Of a DNA stretch of 64,000 bases, positions 55,259-64,000 are shown piece after piece (position 1 is the first letter of the stretch; each line of letters opens with the position of its first letter). The notes under the pieces were generated by a model. That model did not search any database. It was not told where the DNA came from and saw nothing but the letters and a program-made list of their open reading frames with translations. The DNA comes from Candidatus Latescibacterota bacterium. GTDB lineage: Bacteria > Latescibacterota > UBA2968 > UBA8231. A program made the position numbers and the translations under genes. The stretch covers positions 160,001 to 224,000 of the forward strand of contig OZ241362.1 in NCBI GenBank assembly GCA_965200315.1, written 5' to 3'.

Positions 55259-56680
55259 ATGAACACGCCTCGAAAAGTACCTGTTACCATCCTCACCGGC
55301 TTCCTCGGCTCTGGCAAGACGACCCTACTCAACCGGATCTTGAGTGAGGAGCACGGCAAGCGCATTGCCGTGATCGAGAACGAGTATGGGGAAGTCGGCA
55401 TCGATCAGGCACTTGTCATCAACGCTGACGAGGAGATATTTGAGATGTCGAACGGCTGCATCTGCTGCACGGTGCGCGGAGACCTGATTCGCGTGCTCGG
55501 CAATCTCATGAAGCGCCGCGACAAGTTCGACTATGTGTTGGTGGAAACCACAGGGCTCGCCGATCCTGGGCCAGTCGCTCAGACGTTCTTCATGGACGAC
55601 GAGATTCGTGCGGAGTTCTCGCTTGACGGGATCGTCACGCTCGTCGATGTAGCCCACATTGAGCAGCAGCTTGGCCGAAGCGACGAAAGCACAGAGCAAA
55701 TCGCGTTCGCAGACATCCTCGTGCTCAACAAGACGGACCTCGTCAACGGCGAAGCACTCGACAGACTCGAATCTCGGCTCCGAGACATGAACCGAATGGC
55801 GCGAGTCGTGCGCAGCGAGCGAGCGAACGTCTCCGTCGATACTGTACTCAATCTCGACGCCTTCAACTTGGACCAGGTGCTCGAGCGTCGCCCCACCTTC
55901 CTCGAGCCGGAGTATCCGTTTGAATGGACTGGAGTCTATTCGCTCGATATGGGCCGCTACGAACTCAGCCTCGCCGATGGACCTGATCCGACGATGTCGC
56001 TCGTCGTCGTGTCCGACCAGGGCACGGATGACGCTGCCCTCCGTGAGGGTGCGGAGTGGTGTGTGCGGCGGTACGCCGAACCTGCGGAGCTCATTCGCCC
56101 GGGGGAAGAGATTCCGGTCGGAAAGCATCTGAATCTCCGACTCGATTCCCCAGGGCGCAAGTCGTTCTTCTTGGAGGTCGATACGCAGGTGCGGGTTGGC
56201 CTCTACGCCCAGCACATCGCGGAGGAGTTCGATCTCCAACTGATGAACGCGGATGGAGCGACAATCAGGCTAGAGGATAGTCCGCGCTCCAAGCTGGCCT
56301 CCACAGAGCCCGGCACCCTGCGCATCAAGGGAGCGGTGGTTGCCGCCGAGGTCGAGCGAACCTGGGTCGCACAGCACGAGCACGACGACGAGGTGGGCTC
56401 GATCGCGATCGAGAGGGACGGCGACGTCGATCTCAACAGGCTCAACGCCTGGCTTGGCAAACTGCTCGGTGAGCGCGGGGTGGACATCTTCCGAATGAAG
56501 GGCTTCATAAGCCTCGCAGGTGAGTCGCATCGCTTCGTCTTCCAGGGGGTTCACATGCTCTTTGACGGCCAGCCGGATCGCGAATGGGGGGACGCACCCC
56601 GCCGCAGTCAGCTCGTCTTCATCGGCCGCAACCTCGATGAGCAGAGCATGCGGCAGGGGTTTGAAGCATGTTTGATTTAA
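55259..56680 (+). CDS. COG0523/CobW-family metallochaperone GTPase
   Basis: GFLGSGKT, ENEYGE, GCICC, ETTGLADP, NKTD, HEHDDE, FQGVH, VFIGRNL. Confidence 0.95.
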   Translation: MNTPRKVPVTILTGFLGSGKTTLLNRILSEEHGKRIAVIENEYGEVGIDQALVINADEEIFEMSNGCICCTVRGDLIRVLGNLMKRRDKFDYVLVETTGLADPGPVAQTFFMDDEIRAEFSLDGIVTLVDVAHIEQQLGRSDESTEQIAFADILVLNKTDLVNGEALDRLESRLRDMNRMARVVRSERANVSVDTVLNLDAFNLDQVLERRPTFLEPEYPFEWTGVYSLDMGRYELSLADGPDPTMSLVVVSDQGTDDAALREGAEWCVRRYAEPAELIRPGEEIPVGKHLNLRLDSPGRKSFFLEVDTQVRVGLYAQHIAEEFDLQLMNADGATIRLEDSPRSKLASTEPGTLRIKGAVVAAEVERTWVAQHEHDDEVGSIAIERDGDVDLNRLNAWLGKLLGERGVDIFRMKGFISLAGESHRFVFQGVHMLFDGQPDREWGDAPRRSQLVFIGRNLDEQSMRQGFEACLI

Positions 56681-57708
56681 GTGTCGGCAGCCCGAGGGGT
56701 GCTCTTCGCCGGGGCTGGTCTGCGGCGGTTGGCGACTACGCTATCGCCGGGGGTTGGAGCCTACGCGGTGAGGTGCTGATGGTCGGCGAGGCTGCAGGTG
56801 GCGTCTACGCATTCGACGGCAAGTCTGGCGCGGCCGCTTGGGAGCGACGCGGGGTTCATGAAGGCGGTGTGCTCGCAGTGGCGATCCACCCAAGCGGAAC
56901 CGCGTTCGCTACGGCCGGCCAGGACAGCCGAGTCTTAATCTGGAGTGCCGCCGAAGGTCAGGTAAGCCGGGCTATCGACGTCGGAAGCGGTTGGGTAGAA
57001 AACGTGGCGTGGTCGCCGGACGGCCAATGGTTAGCGGCCTCCTGCTCTCGGCAGGTTCGCACGTATGGTGCGGACGGCGCGGAGGTTTGGCGATCGGATG
57101 ATCATCCCAGCACCGTCAGCGCGATCGCCTGGTCGAGCGTAGGGGAGCTGGCTACGGCCTGTTACGGTCGAGTGACGTTCTTCGACGCGCCTACTGGCGA
57201 GCTTCGCCAGAAGCTGGAGTGGCAGGGATCCTTGGTGTCGATGGTACTGAGCTCGGACGGGGATATCGTGGCCTGCGGCAGCCAGGACAACTCGGTGCAC
57301 TTCTGGCGTCGCTCCACGGAGCAGGACTCCATGATGTCAGGATATCCTGCCAAGCCGTCGGCCCTGGCTTTCGATGACACCGGCACCCTCTTGGCCACCG
57401 GCGGAGGGGAGGCGGTGACGGTCTGGAGTTTCCATGGAAGTGGTCCCGAAGGTACGCGGCCCGGCGTTTTAGAGCTTCATGTTCAACCCGTCACGACGCT
57501 TGCCTTCGCTCCCAACGCGATGCGCTTGGCATCGGGAGGCCGCGATGGGACCGTGGTTGTGTGGTCGCTTCAGAGAGATGGAGAAGGCGAGCTGATAGGG
57601 GCCGCGGTTGTGGCGGGCGCAGTGGCCGAATTGTACTGGCGGCCAGACGGGCGTGCGCTTGCCGCGCTCGACGCGCGGGGTGGCGTGACGGTTTGGCGGA
57701 TAGGATGA
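56668..57708 (+). CDS. WD40-repeat protein
   Basis: Repeated AWSPDG/LA(S/T)GG.D..V.VW blades; overlaps the COG0523 stop. Confidence 0.9.
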   Translation: MFDLSVGSPRGALRRGWSAAVGDYAIAGGWSLRGEVLMVGEAAGGVYAFDGKSGAAAWERRGVHEGGVLAVAIHPSGTAFATAGQDSRVLIWSAAEGQVSRAIDVGSGWVENVAWSPDGQWLAASCSRQVRTYGADGAEVWRSDDHPSTVSAIAWSSVGELATACYGRVTFFDAPTGELRQKLEWQGSLVSMVLSSDGDIVACGSQDNSVHFWRRSTEQDSMMSGYPAKPSALAFDDTGTLLATGGGEAVTVWSFHGSGPEGTRPGVLELHVQPVTTLAFAPNAMRLASGGRDGTVVVWSLQRDGEGELIGAAVVAGAVAELYWRPDGRALAALDARGGVTVWRIG

Positions 57709-57724
57709 ACAAAGCATAGTCATC

Positions 57725-58528
57725 ATGGATGCAAACGCTCTACTGGTTTTGTCGGCCTACTCAGCCGCCATCTTTGCCGCTTCCCTGCTCGGCGGCAAAT
57801 TGGCGACCTTGGGCACCATGACGCATACGCGCACTCAGATCGTGATGAGTCTCGTAGCCGGCTTCATCCTCGGCATCTCCATGTTTCACCTGCTACCCGA
57901 TAGCCTCGAGCACATTCCTGGACCTAGCGCCATGGAAAAAGCCATGGGATGGATGGTGTTAGGCATGGTGCTGATGATTCTCTTACAGCATATCTTTCAC
58001 TTTCACCAGCACGACTTCAGTCGCGAGGCGAGCGATCTGTATGATGACCACGGACACGGTGTCGTCCATGCGCCGAGTTTGTTCGGCGTTGCCCTCGGCC
58101 TAGGGGTGCATACCGCGACCGAAGGGATCGCGTTGGGTACCAGCATGAGGTTGGAATCGCCGTATGAAGACGGAGGCGCTTGGGCGGGACTAGGGGTATT
58201 CCTTGTCATTCTGCTGCACAAGCCGCTCGATGCGTACTCCATTGTCAGCATGATGAAGTACGCCGGTCACAGCCAGCGCGCCCGGACATGGACCAATGTT
58301 GGCTTTGCCATGCTGTGCCCGGTAGTGGCGCTGGCGATCTTTGGGGGGGTGGAATTGCTTGGCCCGGAAGAAGGGGCACTCGTCGGCTATGTGCTGTCCT
58401 TTGCGGCGGGCGTGTTTTTGTGCATTGCCTTGAGCGACCTGTTACCGGAGATCCATTTCCACAGCCACGATCGCGGCAAGCTCATCGTCTCCCTCCTCGT
58501 GGGAATCAGTCTCGCCTATATACTTTGA
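57725..58528 (+). CDS. ZIP-family metal transporter, copy 2 (3' end slightly frameshifted)
   Basis: Paralogue of 45897-46730; the ESST tail lies out of frame after AY. Confidence 0.88.
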   Translation: MDANALLVLSAYSAAIFAASLLGGKLATLGTMTHTRTQIVMSLVAGFILGISMFHLLPDSLEHIPGPSAMEKAMGWMVLGMVLMILLQHIFHFHQHDFSREASDLYDDHGHGVVHAPSLFGVALGLGVHTATEGIALGTSMRLESPYEDGGAWAGLGVFLVILLHKPLDAYSIVSMMKYAGHSQRARTWTNVGFAMLCPVVALAIFGGVELLGPEEGALVGYVLSFAAGVFLCIALSDLLPEIHFHSHDRGKLIVSLLVGISLAYIL

Positions 58529-58555
58529 ATCCAGCACTCTTTATGGCGCACGAAG

Positions 58556-58612
58556 GGCTGCAACCTGCGCTTGCTGCACAAGGTATTCTTCTGAGAATTC
58601 GTCTGGATCCAC
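58556..58612 (+). repeat. second copy of the TBDR 3'-end direct repeat
   Basis: GGCTGCAACCTGCGC..TTCTTCTGAGAATTCGTCTGGAT. Confidence 0.9.
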
Positions 58613-58736
58613 CGACATTATAGAGTTGCACAGGGCATAGCACACCAAACAGCTCTGTCCCGCGACCTCGGCAGTGGAGGAGATATGGTCGCCGAGCAGT
58701 AATTGAAATTGCCATCCAGTCGATGAAAACGAGCAA

Positions 58737-58937
58737 TTGACCAAACGCCATAGAGAGATAATTGAAGAAGAGCGGTCGAATGGCCTTGGGGTATCTGCAA
58801 TTTCTTGCTGGGAAATCGCCACGTTTCATCGCGATCCAGCCGATCAAATCATCGTTGCAACCGCCCGCGAGTACGACTGTGAGCTACTCACGGTTGACCG
58901 AAAAATACTACAGTACGCACACGTAAGGACACGGTAG
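58737..58937 (+). pseudogene. VapC/PIN toxin remnant with N-terminal and internal deletions
   Basis: VSAISCWEIA joined directly to FHRDPADQIIVATA..LLTVD. Confidence 0.78.
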
Positions 58938-58988
58938 CACGTTCATCCCTCGGCCATAGGGTATAGTGCACGGGAAACTGGTCCGTAC

Positions 58989-59294
58989 TCAGCTTTCCGG
59001 CCGCCACTCGTTGAGCGTGCGGGCGAAGAGGATATCCGAGCGGGTGACGGCTCCTTCGCTGTGGGTGGTGACCGAAACGGCGATGGTGCGCTGGCCGGTA
59101 TCCAAGGAGAAGTCCGGGTGGTGGTTTTGCTCGGTGATGGTGCGGGTTAGGTGGTTGAGGAACGAGGTGATGTCCTTGAAGTTGGCAAAAACGAAGGCGC
59201 GCGAGATGATGATGCCGTCGCGGCTCCAGCCGTCGAGAGTTTGCAATTCGGCATCTACTTCGGCGGCGGTGAGGGTGGTTTTGTCTTCGGTCAT
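58989..59294 (-). CDS. pterin-4-alpha-carbinolamine dehydratase
   Basis: NHHPD and TTHS..VT..D motifs. Confidence 0.9.
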   Translation of the reverse strand: MTEDKTTLTAAEVDAELQTLDGWSRDGIIISRAFVFANFKDITSFLNHLTRTITEQNHHPDFSLDTGQRTIAVSVTTHSEGAVTRSDILFARTLNEWRPES

Positions 59295-59309
59295 GGCGGA
59301 TTGGCTCCT

Positions 59310-60419
59310 TTAGGTAGTTAGGATGTGCCGGAGGCGGTTGGCGATGATTTCGGCTTCGCCGTCCAAGAGGGTTTGCGGCCCAACGCTGAGCGCGGTGTCG
59401 CCGCCGCTGACGAGGATTGACGGCTCGCCTTCTTCGAGTGCGCACACTACATCGCTAGCCGAGCGGGGGGCCGCGTCGCTGAAGTGAAGATGCACCAGCG
59501 GCGAGGCCGGCGGAAATTTGTTCTCATAGGCTTTGGTAAAACTAGCTTCCACGCCGGCGATGCCCTCGACGGCCGCGGCGACAATTCGACAGCGGTGCTC
59601 CCACTCGGCGACGACCGCTGCTTCATCCATTGCAAAGAAGAGTTCGACGGCGCGGAGCAGGCCGCAGATTTCCTCTTTGCCAACTTTCATGCCGCGGCCG
59701 ATGGCCGAGTGCGGGTTGGAGTTGAGGTGGCAGGCTTCGACGAGATCCTTGCGGCCCAAGACAAGGCCGGTTGACTGCGGCCCAAACAGGCCCTTGCCGC
59801 CGCTGAACACCGACAGGTCGCAGCCCATAGCCGGCAGGTCGGTCAGGTTGGAACGCGGCGGCAATTGCGCGGCCGCATCGACGATGACCGGCACGTTGCG
59901 CTCGTGGGCTGCGGCGACGAGCTCGGGCAGCTCGGACAGGGGCTGGCTGCCGAGGAAATACACTACGGCTGCGGTCTGAGGGCCGATGCCGGCGATGTAG
60001 TCGTCGAGCGTCACGGCTTGTGGGGTTCCGACTTTGACTAGCTCGCCGCCGCTGAGGCGAAAGCCCTGATGGACGTAGTAATGCGAATCGACCAAGCTGA
60101 TGACGAACTGGTTGGGCCGATCCCCGACATCGGGAAGCTGGGCAATGGCGCGGGCGTCGGTGCCGGTTAAGCAGGCTGCGCCGGCCAAGAGCATGCCGCC
60201 GGCCGCGCCCGATGACACAAAGGCCGCTTCCGCGCCGGTGAGCGCGGCGATGCGAGTGCCGGCCTTTTCGTGCAGCTCGTTGAGGTGGACGAATTGGCGC
60301 GCCGCTTCGGCCATGGCCTCGACCACGGGCGCGGGCATGATGGAGCCGCCGAGCGTGGTGATGGTGCCGCGGGCGTTGATGAAAGGGCGCAGGCCGAGGC
60401 GTTGGTATAGGGTGGGCAT
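59310..60419 (-). CDS. SelA-like/DgaE-family PLP-dependent enzyme
   Basis: INARGTIT.LGGS, VDAAA, FSGGK, GRGMKVGKEE. Confidence 0.88.
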   Translation of the reverse strand: MPTLYQRLGLRPFINARGTITTLGGSIMPAPVVEAMAEAARQFVHLNELHEKAGTRIAALTGAEAAFVSSGAAGGMLLAGAACLTGTDARAIAQLPDVGDRPNQFVISLVDSHYYVHQGFRLSGGELVKVGTPQAVTLDDYIAGIGPQTAAVVYFLGSQPLSELPELVAAAHERNVPVIVDAAAQLPPRSNLTDLPAMGCDLSVFSGGKGLFGPQSTGLVLGRKDLVEACHLNSNPHSAIGRGMKVGKEEICGLLRAVELFFAMDEAAVVAEWEHRCRIVAAAVEGIAGVEASFTKAYENKFPPASPLVHLHFSDAAPRSASDVVCALEEGEPSILVSGGDTALSVGPQTLLDGEAEIIANRLRHILTT

Positions 60420-60485
60420 GGTTGGGTCCTTGGCTAGCGACATAGGCGGCAATAATCCAATGATGGGCCGGAGGAATTGGAAGAG

Positions 60486-60809
60486 CTAAACAGCAACAAC
60501 TCTCTGTTGTCCTTCTCTATTTTTTGAAGGAATAATGTGGATCTCAATATCGAGATTCAATCGGTTAAGAAAAGTCATTAACCGCTCAACGCTGTAATGA
60601 TTAAACTTGCCCTTCTTTAGCCGGGATATTTCAGGTTGCTTCACCCCTAAAATTTTCGCGGCCTCTGCTTGGGTCAATTTTCGGTTTTCTATAATCTGAA
60701 ACACTTTAAACCCAAGTGTTGCCCTGAGAAATAATTCTTCTGCATCTGGCAAGTCGAGATCCTCAAACCCATTGCCTGAACTCTTTTCAAATGTAATCTT
60801 CTCACTCAT
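60486..60809 (-). CDS. HigA-like XRE HTH antitoxin
   Basis: SSGN.FEDL, LTQAEAAKILGVKQPEISRL..GK, SVERL. Confidence 0.88.
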   Translation of the reverse strand: MSEKITFEKSSGNGFEDLDLPDAEELFLRATLGFKVFQIIENRKLTQAEAAKILGVKQPEISRLKKGKFNHYSVERLMTFLNRLNLDIEIHIIPSKNREGQQRVVAV

Positions 60810-61030
60810 AATTTACTTGCCTCCAGTTCCCGCGCCATTCTCAGACGTCTCTTGATAAGGCTTATCTCTTTCTTTGGAGTTTTCACTCTGCGTCTTGATT
60901 TTTTTTGAAAACAATGCAATACATAAACTCTCTCGCCAATTTTCACCGCATACACGGCACGGTAAGTGTCTGTTCTGTGATCCGCCCGTATTTCAAATAC
61001 TCCTGAGCCAATGCCCCTGAATGTATGAGT
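60806..61030 (-). pseudogene. C-terminal half of a RelE/HigB (Gp49-like) toxin
   Basis: GIGSGVFEIR, YRAVY, YVLHCFQKKS..KTP; own N-terminus missing. Confidence 0.8.
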
Positions 61031-61064
61031 GTATGAAAGGCCTCTTCTGCGATGGCTTCCTCGA

Positions 61065-61862
61065 ACGTAGCGTGTTTCGAAGTTTCGTCCTGAGAGTAGA
61101 GCGACTAAGTCCTCTAAACGCCCGCGTTTGAATTGCGACGTAAACATGACGCGAAGCATATCGGTGTATGAGGGATCGTAGAGGTCATCCTTTTTATTCT
61201 TCAGCCACTCCATTGCACGGAAGTAGTCGATCGAGGCGAATTCAGCATCTTTGCCCAAGTCGTTATATGCTTCCGGCGCAACAGCCAGATGGCAAAAGTA
61301 GTCGATGCACTTTCTTAGCCGATGGCCATCGTACTGTTCACTGGCAGCCATCTTGGACATTGCGAAGTCCGCTGTATTAAGCGTGATGCCCTGCGAGTTT
61401 ATGCGGACAAAAATTTCCGCGACAGTCTCAACTTCCAGATCGGAGTTCAACTCGATGACGCCGAGGGGGTTATTACGAATACCGCGAAGGCGTTCCATGC
61501 GATCATCGATTTCGTATTTGTCTGCAATATGATTCGCTTCGCAATAGCAGTCCACTAATTGACGTATTCTCACGTCGGGAGCGAAGACAGTGGATATGTC
61601 GGCAATCCATCCCTTGTCCCTACATATGGCGGCATTTGCTACTTCAAAACGCTCCTCGTCAGGATGAAAGGCGATAGATATCCGTGTCCGCTTATAGTCT
61701 TTGTTGACAACCTGCTCCCCATGCAAAAATGAAATTACGCACCTTTGCCGCGTTCCAGATGAAGGGACGCTGGATCTCAGGAATAGCGATCTCATCGGAT
61801 TTGATCCAAGCCAGCAGGGTCTCGATAGGGTGCTGATTAATTGAGTAACGTTGGATGGGCAT
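61065..61862 (-). pseudogene. DUF262 (GmrS-like, type IV restriction) fragment
   Basis: [12 protein letters not shown] in one frame, IFVRINSQG in another; DGQQR segment and C-terminal nuclease half missing. Confidence 0.78.
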
Positions 61863-62061
61863 ATTATTATTTCTTTCAATTTGTGGCTCTGGTATGCGAA
61901 ATTGGTGCAGTGACCTCAAGCTCTAGCTGAGCAACTCCGTCTGGGCACTTTCAAAGAACGCCGGTCAAAGCGCAACCCGAGCTAGGTCGTCAATCCGTCG
62001 CCTAGGCACTCCCGCTGATTGCTCAATTGTGCCCCATCAACTGCGGAACGTGTCAGTTGAT

Positions 62062-62103
62062 AAAAAGAAAGCGGGCGGGATGAAACACCCCGCCCGCTTT
62101 TTT
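62062..62103. terminator. intrinsic terminator downstream of groEL
   Basis: AAAGCGGGCGGG / CCCGCCCGCTTT stem with A/T tracts on both sides. Confidence 0.85.
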
Positions 62104-62123
62104 GCGTCTGCGCCAAGCGTCCC

Positions 62124-63764
<1,641 letters not shown>

Positions 63765-64000
63765 TTAGCCTACAACGGCGAGGATGTCGTCTTCGCGCAT
63801 GATCAGATATTCTTCGCCCTCGATCTTGACCTCGGTGCCCGAGTATTTGCCGATGAGGACCTTGTCGCCCACACTCACTTCCAAGCCGATGCGCTCGCCG
63901 TCTTCAACGCGCCCGGGGCCGACGGCGACGATCTCGGCTTCTTGGGGCTTTTCCTTGGCCGTGTCCGGGATGATGATTCCGCCGACCTTCTGTTCTTCGG
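63765..64000 (-). CDS. groS: co-chaperonin GroES, 5' partial
   Basis: [39 protein letters not shown]. Confidence 0.96.
   Translation of the reverse strand, partial: EEQKVGGIIIPDTAKEKPQEAEIVAVGPGRVEDGERIGLEVSVGDKVLIGKYSGTEVKIEGEEYLIMREDDILAVVG

Noticed and set aside
59310-60419. True selA / selenocysteine machinery
   Set aside because: Short DgaE-like form; no selB, selD or tRNA-Sec seen

Overview
GC-rich bacterial chromosomal window (lineage not determinable from the sequence alone) in which housekeeping blocks alternate with lower-GC accessory islets. Core genes: S1-domain protein-trpB-trpA, glgC, a complete porin-pstSCAB-phoU-phoBR operon with an upstream Pho-box array, sugar-acid catabolic genes, ispG, a DegT/PIG-L/WbqC/GT4 glycan cluster, a fused indolepyruvate-ferredoxin oxidoreductase, and groES-groEL. 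Accessory content: (i) an Eleos/LeoABC-like pair of dynamin-like GTPases whose first member carries a C-terminal NusA-type KH1-KH2 RNA-binding module, the best candidate for an undescribed system; (ii) an ABC/AAA ATPase plus PIN nuclease pair; (iii) a 13-kb zinc/metal island with two RGPP-ending, DUF2946/CruR-like leader ORFs (one with CxxC intact, one without) upstream of His/Glu-rich lipoproteins and a ZnuD-like TonB receptor, flanked by a near-identical 1.2-kb inverted gene duplication and including a poly-G-split CDF transporter, a COG0523 GTPase, a WD40 protein and two ZIP transporters; (iv) a RAYT transposase with a 146-bp REP tandem array; (v) many decayed toxin-antitoxin and restriction remnants, some bounded by duplicated gene 3' ends. 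No CRISPR array, rRNA or tRNA was recognised. All family calls come from motif recognition by eye, not from database searches.
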